A program made the position numbers and the translations under genes. Of a DNA stretch of 30,215 nucleotides, positions 1-7,423 are shown one piece after another (position 1 is the stretch's first letter; the number at the start of each line of letters is the position of its first letter). This DNA comes from a virus (lineage: Duplodnaviria > Caudoviricetes), in the IMG/VR virus record IMGVR_UViG_3300012940_000081, positions 1-30,215 of that record; one strand, 5' to 3'. The notes below the pieces were generated by a model. It was given only the letters and a program-made list of their open reading frames with translations. It was not told the DNA's origin and searched no databases.

Positions 1-192
1 CTGTGCATCGCGTGCGACAAGACAGCGACCGTCCGTGTCCTGTGCCGGTTCTGCTCGGCGTTCGTCGCGACGTGCTGCCGCCCGTGTCTCGACGAGTGCA
101 AGCGACGGTTCAGGAAGAGCCGCACGCACTGCGCGCGGTGCGGTCACCACTCGACCGGATTCCCCGAAGCGATCGTGGAGGTGCCGCTGTGA
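1..192 (+). CDS. 5'-truncated Cys-rich zinc-finger protein
   Basis: Frame 1 reads LCIACDK...CRFC...CRPC...CARCGHH...VEVPL*, with four CxxC motifs; its stop overlaps the next GTG (GTGA at 189-192). Confidence 0.7.
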   Translation: MCIACDKTATVRVLCRFCSAFVATCCRPCLDECKRRFRKSRTHCARCGHHSTGFPEAIVEVPL

Positions 193-572
193 GCCTGCCC
201 CGGAAGCTCGTCGAGCAGATCATCGACAGGGACGGCGGGTTCTGCCTCCTCGCCCTCCCCGGATGCCTCGGGGAAGCGAACCTCGCGCACCACCGGGCGA
301 ACCGGGGCATGGGCGGCAGCCCGATCCTCGACCATCCCGCGAACCTGACCGCCGCGTGCGGGCCGTGCAATGGGGCCGCTGAGGACGCACCGGCGCTGGT
401 GCGGTTCGACCTGATCGATCGCGGGTTGCGGGTGGAGAAGGCGGCGACGAACGACGCCACGTTGCGGCGGGCGATCGAGACACCGGTCGAGGCGCTTGAC
501 GGGGAGCGGTGGTACCTGATCTCCGCTACCGAACGACGCCGCGTCGACGAGTTCATGAGAGAGGTCCACTGA
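189..572 (+). CDS. HNH endonuclease
   Basis: RDGGFC...C...HHRANRGMGG...NLTAACGPCN pattern; GGAGG RBS before GTG 189. Confidence 0.8.
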   Translation: MSLPRKLVEQIIDRDGGFCLLALPGCLGEANLAHHRANRGMGGSPILDHPANLTAACGPCNGAAEDAPALVRFDLIDRGLRVEKAATNDATLRRAIETPVEALDGERWYLISATERRRVDEFMREVH

Positions 573-1285
573 TGGTGTGGTTCAACGTTGACGACGGGTT
601 CTGGGCGCACCCGAAAGTGCTCGAGCTCTCATCCGATGCCGTCGCCCTGTGGGTGCGCGCGGGCTCGTACTGCGCGAAGCACCTCACCGATGGGCAGGTG
701 AAGCGCGCCGCGCTCCGCATCCTCGGCGGAGACCACGACACCGCGACGGAGCTGGTGCTCGCCGGCCTGTGGGTGTGGGACGAGCAGGGCGGGTGCTGGT
801 GGTTCCACGACTGGGCGAAGTACCAGCGGACGAAGGAGCAGGTCGAGGAGGAACGCGCCGCCGCGAAGGAACGGATGCGCGCTGTTCGGGCGAACAAGAA
901 GGCGAACCTTCGGGCGAACGTGCGTGATGTGTTCGGGAGTGGTTCGCCTTCCCAGTCCAGTCCAGTCCAAGCCAATGACTCTTCCAAGACTTCTAAGAGT
1001 CAGTCCGGTAGTAACCGCGCGAGCGTTTCGACCGACGCGATCGAAGTCTCACCCATGACGAAGCGGCTCGCCGCGCAGCAGGGCATCACGAACCTCCGCA
1101 CGGTCGTCGACGCGATCTACCGCGCTACCGGTCTCACGGTCACAGCCGACCAGGCGTTCCAGGTGTCGGTGTGGCTGCTGGGGAAGGCGAAGGACGCCCC
1201 GGCGGCGCCGCAGCGGTATGTGATCGCGGCGATCGCGAAGTCGCCGTTCGAGGTGCAGAAGCACATCCACGAAGGAGCTGCGTGA
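572..1285 (+). CDS. Putative phage replication initiator / DNA-binding protein
   Basis: N-terminus WFNVDDGFWAHPK...ALWVRAGSYC...TDG...FHDWAKYQ resembles actinophage replication proteins; the central low-complexity linker carries DNA repeats; TGATG coupling. Confidence 0.65.
   Translation: MVWFNVDDGFWAHPKVLELSSDAVALWVRAGSYCAKHLTDGQVKRAALRILGGDHDTATELVLAGLWVWDEQGGCWWFHDWAKYQRTKEQVEEERAAAKERMRAVRANKKANLRANVRDVFGSGSPSQSSPVQANDSSKTSKSQSGSNRASVSTDAIEVSPMTKRLAAQQGITNLRTVVDAIYRATGLTVTADQAFQVSVWLLGKAKDAPAAPQRYVIAAIAKSPFEVQKHIHEGAA
884..1002. repeat. Iteron-like cluster, candidate replication origin
   Basis: GGCGAAC at 889, 901 and 913 (12-bp period) with an inverted copy at 942; CCAGT x3 at 952-966; inverted repeat TGACTCTT/AAGAGTCA at 976-1002. 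Confidence 0.55.
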
Positions 1286-1659
1286 TGCCGATTCGTCCTG
1301 AGAACCGGGACCGCTACCCCACGGACTGGAAGCAGATCAGCGACCGTATCCGTTTCGAGCGGGCCGCTGGTCGCTGCGAGTGCGAGGGCGAATGCGGGAT
1401 GCCCGGGCATGTGGCGGCGCGGTGCGCTAACCGGCACGGGCGAGCGAGCGTCTACACCGGGTCGCTGGTCGTGCTGACGACGGCGCATCTGAACCACACC
1501 CCGGAGGACTGCCGGGACGAGAACCTCAAGGCGATGTGCCAGGGCTGTCACCTCTGGTACGACCGCAAGCACCACGCCGAGACCGCGCGCGCGACTCGTG
1601 AAGCGCAGCGCGTGGCGGCGGGGGTTCTCCCGCTCGACGGGATCGAGGTGGCGTCGTGA
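1285..1659 (+). CDS. HNH-like endonuclease
   Basis: MPIRPENRDRYPTDW...RCEC...VLTTAHLNHTPEDC...NLKAMCQGCHLWYD. Confidence 0.8.
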   Translation: MPIRPENRDRYPTDWKQISDRIRFERAAGRCECEGECGMPGHVAARCANRHGRASVYTGSLVVLTTAHLNHTPEDCRDENLKAMCQGCHLWYDRKHHAETARATREAQRVAAGVLPLDGIEVAS

Positions 1660-1931
1660 GGGTGATGGTCGATCTGGACCCGCGGGACGTGTGGCGGATC
1701 CAGGAGAAGGCGGAACGTCTCGGCACGACTCCGGGTGACGTGCTCCGGCGGGAGCTCGACCGGATGCGGCGCCGTCTCGATGTGACGCGGCGGGTGAAGG
1801 ACATGACCGAGCGGGGCTTCTGCGACGCGGACATGGCGGCGCAGTTGGGGTACACGCCGGGGCGGATCGCGGAGATCCGTCGCGGGCTGGGGTTGCCGGC
1901 GAACCGCCGCTACCGGAGGAGGACGCCGTGA
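1656..1931 (+). CDS. Small helix-turn-helix DNA-binding protein
   Basis: GFCDADMAAQLGYTPGRIAEIRRGLGL HTH-like segment; GTGA overlap. Confidence 0.65.
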   Translation: MRVMVDLDPRDVWRIQEKAERLGTTPGDVLRRELDRMRRRLDVTRRVKDMTERGFCDADMAAQLGYTPGRIAEIRRGLGLPANRRYRRRTP

Positions 1932-2065
1932 CGCACGAGCTCGTGTGCCCGGAGTGCCGGGACGGGAAGTGTCTGGGTAGGCCGGAGAACTGCAGCGAGG
2001 GAACCCTCGACGCGCGGGACGAGTGGGTGCTGTGCGAATGCCGGCACGGGAAGGAGCAAGCATGA
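1928..2065 (+). CDS. 45-aa Cys-rich hypothetical protein
   Basis: MTHELVCPECRDGKC...CEC; GGAGGA RBS; 4-bp overlaps at both ends. Confidence 0.65.
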   Translation: MTHELVCPECRDGKCLGRPENCSEGTLDARDEWVLCECRHGKEQA

Positions 2066-2637
2066 CCGTTATCGAAGAAGCCCGCGAGGCGCGGGATGAA
2101 GCCAGGAACCACGTCGAGCACTTCGCACTTTCCGAGGGCGACGCGACCCGCGTGACGCGCCTCGCTGATGTGATCGACGCCTTGATCGCTGAATACGAGC
2201 GGCTGTCCGTCCCGCCCTCCGACGACGAGCGCGAGGAGCCGGACCTCCCGAACGGACACGCTCCTGTAGAGCGTTTGTCATTGTACCTGGCACGACGCAT
2301 TCGCGACGACGAGCGCGAAGCGTGGACAGATGAGCGGATTCGGGAGGCATTCATCTACGACGGCGGAGAATCCGAATACCACGACCCGATCGATGGTGCA
2401 CGGGAACAGCGGCGGATAGCGGGCGCGATCTTCGATACCTGGCTCGCCAAGCATGATGCCGAACTGCTCCGCCGACAGGGGCCGATCACCAAATCGGCGG
2501 CTTTGAAGGGTTACTACACGATCCCCGAGCAACAGCGAAAGCGCCTGACGTTTGAATCTTGGCTGGCCGCTCTTGAGGCTGCGGAGCGTGTCCGTTCCGC
2601 CGTTCCGTCTACCACCGAACAGGAGAGCGACCGATGA
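2062..2637 (+). CDS. Hypothetical mosaic protein
   Basis: AAGGAG RBS, ATGA overlap; internal DDERE duplication. Confidence 0.7.
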   Translation: MTVIEEAREARDEARNHVEHFALSEGDATRVTRLADVIDALIAEYERLSVPPSDDEREEPDLPNGHAPVERLSLYLARRIRDDEREAWTDERIREAFIYDGGESEYHDPIDGAREQRRIAGAIFDTWLAKHDAELLRRQGPITKSAALKGYYTIPEQQRKRLTFESWLAALEAAERVRSAVPSTTEQESDR

Positions 2638-3035
2638 AGCCGCAGACGATCAGATTCCGCTGGTTCGGCTGGTGGCCGACGCGCGACGAGTGGCGGATCA
2701 TGCGCCACGACGCGAGGATGCGCAGGATCGGCATCTGCAACGAGCCGCCCGACACCGACCGGGGCGGGTACAACCACTGGCGCTGCCAGCTCGACGTGTA
2801 TCACGTCGGCCCGCACCGGTACCGGAACTACGTCTGGTCAATACTCCGCCCCGAGGTCCGGTATGACCCGCTGCCGATCACGGAGCGTACGCCGAACGGC
2901 GACCCGCAGGTCCCTGGGGTCGGCAGGTCGTTCGCTCAGCGGCGCGCGGGGATGCGTCGCCTTCGTCGCTTGTCAAAGATCTACGGCGAGACGACACCGG
3001 CTCACGAACCGACCGAACAGGAGAAGGAGCGATGA
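2634..3035 (+). CDS. Hypothetical protein
   Basis: AGGAG RBS, ATGA overlaps at both ends. Confidence 0.65.
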   Translation: MKPQTIRFRWFGWWPTRDEWRIMRHDARMRRIGICNEPPDTDRGGYNHWRCQLDVYHVGPHRYRNYVWSILRPEVRYDPLPITERTPNGDPQVPGVGRSFAQRRAGMRRLRRLSKIYGETTPAHEPTEQEKER

Positions 3036-3274
3036 CGACCGAGCTGGCCGTGATTGTCGATGCCGCCGAGCGGTGGTACGTCGCCAGCGTGGTCAACGGA
3101 ACCGTCGAACGCTACTACCCGAAACCGTGGGCGCGCCTCAGACGACCCACGGCCCAGTGGGCTCGCCGTGCGGGTGAGCGATGGATACGCCGTTACCGCC
3201 GCTGGGAGTCACGGCGTGAGCGTCGCGCCGCTCGCGCCAGAAGAGCGACCCGACCGACCGAACAGGAGCAGTGA
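3032..3274 (+). CDS. Hypothetical basic protein
   Basis: AAGGAG RBS, ATGA overlap. Confidence 0.6.
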   Translation: MTTELAVIVDAAERWYVASVVNGTVERYYPKPWARLRRPTAQWARRAGERWIRRYRRWESRRERRAARARRATRPTEQEQ

Positions 3275-3426
3275 TGGGGATTCATCCGCTGGAGCGGCTG
3301 ATTCGCTTCCTGCGCGCTTGTGAGTGCTGCTACGACGGTTGCGACTGTGGGTGCGCGCTCGAATGCCCGCGCCCCGAGCATCGCGCGGCGGCGACCGAAC
3401 CGAGTGATGGGGAGTCCAATGCCTGA
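3274..3426 (+). CDS. 50-aa Cys-rich hypothetical protein
   Basis: MGIHPLERLIRFLRACECCYDGCDCGCALEC...; AGGAG RBS; TGATG overlap. Confidence 0.55.
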   Translation: MGIHPLERLIRFLRACECCYDGCDCGCALECPRPEHRAAATEPSDGESNA

Positions 3427-3601
3427 GTTCACCGACGCGCAGATCGAGCAGGGCATTCACCGCGCGCTCGCGAAGCAGGACATCCATGCCGTGCCAGGAC
3501 TGATCGCGCTGCTCGCATTGCAGAACCCGCACCGGGCCGAGGAAGTGCGGCAGACGATCCTCTTCGGACTGTCGCTCGCGGCGAAGCGGGAGAAGCCATG
3601 A
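3419..3601 (+). CDS. Hypothetical protein
   Basis: GGGGAG RBS before ATG 3419; MPEFTDAQIEQGIHRAL... Confidence 0.65.
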   Translation: MPEFTDAQIEQGIHRALAKQDIHAVPGLIALLALQNPHRAEEVRQTILFGLSLAAKREKP

Positions 3602-3702
3602 CGTGGGGCCGTGTGCGCCCGTCTGAGCCGCGAAACCACCCCACCCCGCACCCGAACTACACGAATGTAGTTTCAGCCCATCAGGAAGGCGCACAGCAGT
3701 GA
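3598..3702 (+). CDS. Possible 34-aa ORF
   Basis: Fills the gap with 4-bp overlaps at both ends (ATGA, GTGA). Confidence 0.35.
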   Translation: MTWGRVRPSEPRNHPTPHPNYTNVVSAHQEGAQQ

Positions 3703-4355
3703 ACGATGTGACGATGACCGACGCGGTCCACGACCTCATCAACCCGTGGACCGACGTCGTCGAAGCAGGCCGGAAGTACCAGGCGGTCGACCACGACCCG
3801 CTGCTGGTCACCCTCCGCACCATGATCCGCTCCAACACCGGAGGCACCACACCCGGCGCCACACGTGACGCGGACCGCAGCATCATGAACCTCGAAGCCC
3901 TCACCACGTGGGAGCGGATCACCGGAGACGTCCGCACCCTCACCCGCAGGCACACGAAGGACCGCCCGAACCCGCTCCTCGGGTACGCGATCCGCACCCT
4001 CGCAGGCACCCTCGACGCACTCTGGGCGTCCCACCAGATCACCGAACCCGACTACCTCCACGCGATCCGCCGGGGCAAGGCGTGGCGGGCGATGATCTGG
4101 GGGCTGCTGCACAAGCCGCGCGAGAAGGAACTCACCGAACCGTGCCCGTACTGCGAGCAGGCGAAAGCGGTCACAGCGACGGGTGAGATCCAGGCGGCGC
4201 TGGTCGCGTACTACCAGCAGGGTGTGACACCGACCGCGCAATGCCGCGCCTGCGGCACCATGTGGGTCGGGGAAGGGCAGCTCGTGATCCTCGGGGAGAT
4301 GATCGGCGCGACACTCGACACCGACACGCTCCACGAAATGGGCGTGAACGTCTGA
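3699..4355 (+). CDS. Zn-finger protein, candidate late transcription regulator/antiterminator
   Basis: CPYC...CRAC motifs; last gene of the early operon, directly before a promoter-terminator pair and the packaging region. Confidence 0.55.
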   Translation: MNDVTMTDAVHDLINPWTDVVEAGRKYQAVDHDPLLVTLRTMIRSNTGGTTPGATRDADRSIMNLEALTTWERITGDVRTLTRRHTKDRPNPLLGYAIRTLAGTLDALWASHQITEPDYLHAIRRGKAWRAMIWGLLHKPREKELTEPCPYCEQAKAVTATGEIQAALVAYYQQGVTPTAQCRACGTMWVGEGQLVILGEMIGATLDTDTLHEMGVNV

Positions 4356-4361
4356 CCCGTC

Positions 4362-4370
4362 TGGTAGATT
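4362..4370 (+). promoter_or_regulatory. Candidate late promoter (extended -10)
   Basis: TGG-TAGATT directly after the regulator stop codon. Confidence 0.4.
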
Positions 4371-4394
4371 GGAGGCACGCGGTACAACCGCGCC

Positions 4395-4431
4395 CGAAAG
4401 CCCCTCCGTCGCGTGGGGCTTTCGTCATTCT
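4395..4431 (+). terminator. Intrinsic terminator
   Basis: CGAAAGCCCC/GGGGCTTTCG 10-bp stem followed by TCATTCT. Confidence 0.7.
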
Positions 4432-4432
4432 C

Positions 4433-4636
4433 CCGGAGCCCCGGTCTCCAATCGGCCCTGTCTGGAAGCAGCTCGTCACGAGATTCATCACGGGGGCTCC
4501 GGTCTACTCCCGGCGCCTGCACTGACCCTGCGGGTGGAGCCGGTGATGACCCCGCCCTTTCGGCCGGGGGGTCAACGGGTCCCAGGGGTGCAACCCAGAC
4601 TCACCCCTGGGACCCACCCACGCACGGGAGGGTCCC
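4433..4636 (+). ncRNA. Structured non-coding leader / candidate ncRNA
   Basis: Four consecutive stems, including a 10-bp stem (4433-4442/4493-4502) and a perfect 14-bp stem (4577-4590/4602-4615). Confidence 0.45.
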
Positions 4637-4637
4637 A

Positions 4638-4769
4638 ATGCCCCTGAACCGCGCCCGGTGGGTCCGGGCCGAGCTCCACCGTGACGTGACCCGCTGCGTG
4701 ATCGTGTTCGTGATCATCACCGCATCCGTCCTGTGGGCGGTGTACGGAGGGCCAGCATGGAGATCCTGA
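4638..4769 (+). CDS. Small membrane protein
   Basis: GGAGG RBS; hydrophobic stretch VIVFVIITASVLWAVY. Confidence 0.55.
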   Translation: MPLNRARWVRAELHRDVTRCVIVFVIITASVLWAVYGGPAWRS

Positions 4770-4837
4770 GCATCGTCCTCATGGTCATCCTCGCCGCGGG
4801 GATGGTCGGTCTGGTCGTGGGGGTGAAGGACCGGTGA
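4757..4837 (+). CDS. 26-aa single-pass membrane peptide
   Basis: GGAGG RBS; MEILSIVLMVILAAGMVGLVVGVKDR. Confidence 0.5.
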   Translation: MEILSIVLMVILAAGMVGLVVGVKDR

Positions 4838-4968
4838 GCCGCCACGGGTGGGAATGCCCCGGCTGCGGCGAGCACGTCCGCACGTTCCTCGAGTCCCTCG
4901 CCCACTGCGACCCGAACGAAGACCCCGGCGACGACGACAACCCCACCATCATCCGCGGAGACGACTGA
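4834..4968 (+). CDS. Small Zn-finger-like protein
   Basis: MSRHGWECPGCGEH...HC; GTGA and TGATG overlaps. Confidence 0.55.
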   Translation: MSRHGWECPGCGEHVRTFLESLAHCDPNEDPGDDDNPTIIRGDD

Positions 4969-5258
4969 TGCCCCCGCGCCGCACCACCAGCCAACGCGGA
5001 TACGGCCACCACCACCAGCAACTCCGCGCCCACTACCAAGCCCGCATCAACGCCGGCGAACACATCACCTGCTGGCGCCCCGACTGCGACAACCGCATCA
5101 CCGGCACCGACTGGCATTTGGGGCATGACGACGACGACAGGTCGAAGTACCGCGGCCCCGAATGCGTACAGTGCAACCTCGTCGCCGCTGCTCGGAAGAC
5201 GAACGCGAAGCGTGCCGGCGAACCCACCGGGCCAGAACCGCAGACGCGCCACTGGTGA
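4968..5258 (+). CDS. HNH endonuclease, packaging-associated
   Basis: RGYG...CWRPDC...WHLGHDDD...GPECVQCN; directly upstream of the cos-like site and terS, as in HK97-type phages. Confidence 0.8.
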   Translation: MPPRRTTSQRGYGHHHQQLRAHYQARINAGEHITCWRPDCDNRITGTDWHLGHDDDDRSKYRGPECVQCNLVAAARKTNAKRAGEPTGPEPQTRHW

Positions 5259-5299
5259 ACACGACACGCCCCGCGCTACGCACGCTCCACGTCGTCGCA

Positions 5300-5372
5300 T
5301 AGGGGGGGGAGGGGTCGCCCGCCTGTCAGACCTTGGGAGGGGCTGACCGCGGCGGGGTCTTCTTTTTTTCGG
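5300..5372. other. Putative cos / packaging site region
   Basis: Intergenic between HNH and terS: G-tract, then ACCGCGGCGGGG, then a T-tract, the usual layout around cos sites. Confidence 0.55.
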
Positions 5373-5380
5373 AGGTGCGC

Positions 5381-5779
5381 GTGGGCCGGAAAGGGTCGAA
5401 CGGGGCCGCGCTGCGGGCTCTCGCGGAGGGTGTGACGGACCCTCGGCAGGTCGCTCTATTGCATGAGGCAGCGCGGATCACGGACCGGCTGGACGAGCTC
5501 GATCGGATCATCGCCGGGAAGGGTGTGCTGAAGCTGATGCGATTCCGACTGAAGGATCTGTTCAGCGCGGAGGAGGAGCGGCGGGTTTCTGTCGAGGTTC
5601 GGTTCGACAATGTGCTCGCCGAGGCGAGGCAGCAGGCGACCGCGTTGCGGGGGATATTGACGGCTCTCGGTGTCGAGAAGGTCGATGGTGCCGCGAAGCC
5701 CGGAAGGACGGCGAGCCTAGGTGACCAGATCGCACAAGCGCGAGCACGTCGGCAGGCAGCAGCCCAGGGTTCTGCATAG
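5381..5779 (+). CDS. terS: Terminase small subunit
   Basis: Position before terL; LLHEAARITDRLDEL...LAEARQQATALRGIL helical pattern; GGAGG RBS. Confidence 0.8.
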   Translation: MGRKGSNGAALRALAEGVTDPRQVALLHEAARITDRLDELDRIIAGKGVLKLMRFRLKDLFSAEEERRVSVEVRFDNVLAEARQQATALRGILTALGVEKVDGAAKPGRTASLGDQIAQARARRQAAAQGSA

Positions 5780-7241
5780 GCCGGAGTTCGATTCGGAGGA
5801 TGCGGCCGAGGAAGCGATCTCGCTGATCGAGGCGTGCGGGCAGATCCTCGACATCTGGCAGCAGATCGCGGTGCGGATGGTGCTCGCCACGAAGGCGGGC
5901 CGGTGGGCGGCGACGGTCGTCGGGTTCCTGGTCGCGAGGCAGAACGGCAAGGGCGGGATCCTCGAGGCGGTCGCGCTGTGGTGCCTGTTCATCGGTGGCG
6001 GCACGACGATGTGGACGGCGCACGAGCTGAAGACCTCGGATGAGGCGTACGCCCGCGTCGTGCACTTGATTCGCGCGAACGCGGAGCTCGCGTCGATGGT
6101 GGCCGTGTGGAACGGCGGTCTGACGGGGATGCACATCATCGAGCTCAAGCCGGAGTTCGGCGGGGCGCGGCTCGTGTTCCTGGCGCGGTCGAAGTCGTCC
6201 GGTCGAGGGTTCTCGCCGCGGCGCATCATTCTCGATGAGGCGCAGGAGTTGAGCCTGCTCGCGGTGCGCGCGTTGCGGTACGCGACGGCGGCGCAGGGTG
6301 CCGAGCGGTTGCTGATCTACTGCGGCACGGTGCCGGGGCCGGAGAACAACGCGGAGGCGTGGACGGGTATCCGTGACCGCGGCCGCGCGGGCAAGGGCGG
6401 TGTCGCGTGGGCCGAGTGGACACCCGAAGGCAGCGATGACCCTGACGCGAAGATCGACCCGAAGGACTGGACGGTCCGGGAGTGGTCGAACCCGGCGCTC
6501 GGTACCCGCATCGACGTTGAGACGATCGAGGACGAGTACGCCGCCGCTGAGGCGGAGGGTGACATCGAGGGGTTCCTGCGGGAGCGGTTGTCGGTGTGGC
6601 CGAACCAGCGGGACGAGAAGTCGCGGGTCATCGACGTCGGCGACTGGAAGGCGTGCCCGCCGCTCGAGCCGATGCAGGCGCCGGTGACGCTCGCGCTCGA
6701 GGTGAGCCTCGACCGGAAGCGTGCGTGGCTTGTCGCGGTCGGGTCGAACTCGGAGGGGAACCCGCAGGTTGAGATGGTCCCGACCGTGCAGGGCGGTGAC
6801 GTGTTCGAGTTCGACGGGGTCGCCGGGATCCCGTCGCGGGTCGCGGAAGTGGTCATGGCGAACCCGGACATCGCCGCGTTCGCGGTCGACAAGTTCGGGG
6901 AGGCGGCGTCGCTGATCGGACCGATCGAGCGCGCGATCGAGGCGCTCGAGGGCGGGAAGCAGCGGCTGCGGAAACTCACCGTCGACCAGCTGGGCGGGCC
7001 GCAGTGGGTCGAGGCGGGCGGGCGGGTGCAGGACGCGATACGGCACCACGAGCTCGGGCACGGCGACTCGCGGATCCTGTTCGCCGCGGTGCGCGGCGCG
7101 GACGTCACGAAACGAGACGGTGTCCGGGTGTTCAAGCGTGAGATTTCGGGACCGGCCGCGGGGCCGTTCTTCGCTCTGCTGTGCGGGTGGTGGGGCTGGC
7201 AACGAGCCGGGAAGCCCCGCATCCGACCGGAGATCTTCTGA
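5721..7241 (+). CDS. terL: Terminase large subunit
   Basis: Walker A RQNGKG, Walker B IILDEAQ, WSNPALG and FLRERL motifs. Confidence 0.95.
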   Translation: MTRSHKREHVGRQQPRVLHRPEFDSEDAAEEAISLIEACGQILDIWQQIAVRMVLATKAGRWAATVVGFLVARQNGKGGILEAVALWCLFIGGGTTMWTAHELKTSDEAYARVVHLIRANAELASMVAVWNGGLTGMHIIELKPEFGGARLVFLARSKSSGRGFSPRRIILDEAQELSLLAVRALRYATAAQGAERLLIYCGTVPGPENNAEAWTGIRDRGRAGKGGVAWAEWTPEGSDDPDAKIDPKDWTVREWSNPALGTRIDVETIEDEYAAAEAEGDIEGFLRERLSVWPNQRDEKSRVIDVGDWKACPPLEPMQAPVTLALEVSLDRKRAWLVAVGSNSEGNPQVEMVPTVQGGDVFEFDGVAGIPSRVAEVVMANPDIAAFAVDKFGEAASLIGPIERAIEALEGGKQRLRKLTVDQLGGPQWVEAGGRVQDAIRHHELGHGDSRILFAAVRGADVTKRDGVRVFKREISGPAAGPFFALLCGWWGWQRAGKPRIRPEIF

Positions 7242-7252
7242 GAGGGGCCAGA

Positions 7253-7423
7253 ATGCGGAAGCTCGTGTCGCGGGCGGCGGTGTCGATCCTTCTCGCCGTG
7301 GTCGGTGTGGTCTTTCTCGGCGTCGGCGTTGGGGTCGCGTTCGGTGTCGGCATCGGGCTCGCTGTGGCGGGTGCGGTCACGCTCCTGCTCGGCGTGCTGC
7401 TCGGATGGAATGAGGCGGCCTGA
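7253..7423 (+). CDS. Small membrane protein between terL and portal
   Basis: Two hydrophobic segments; TGATG overlap with portal. Confidence 0.7.
   Translation: MRKLVSRAAVSILLAVVGVVFLGVGVGVAFGVGIGLAVAGAVTLLLGVLLGWNEAA

Noticed and set aside
4433-4636. tRNA gene in the structured intergenic region
   Set aside because: No GTTCRA T-loop or cloverleaf geometry found
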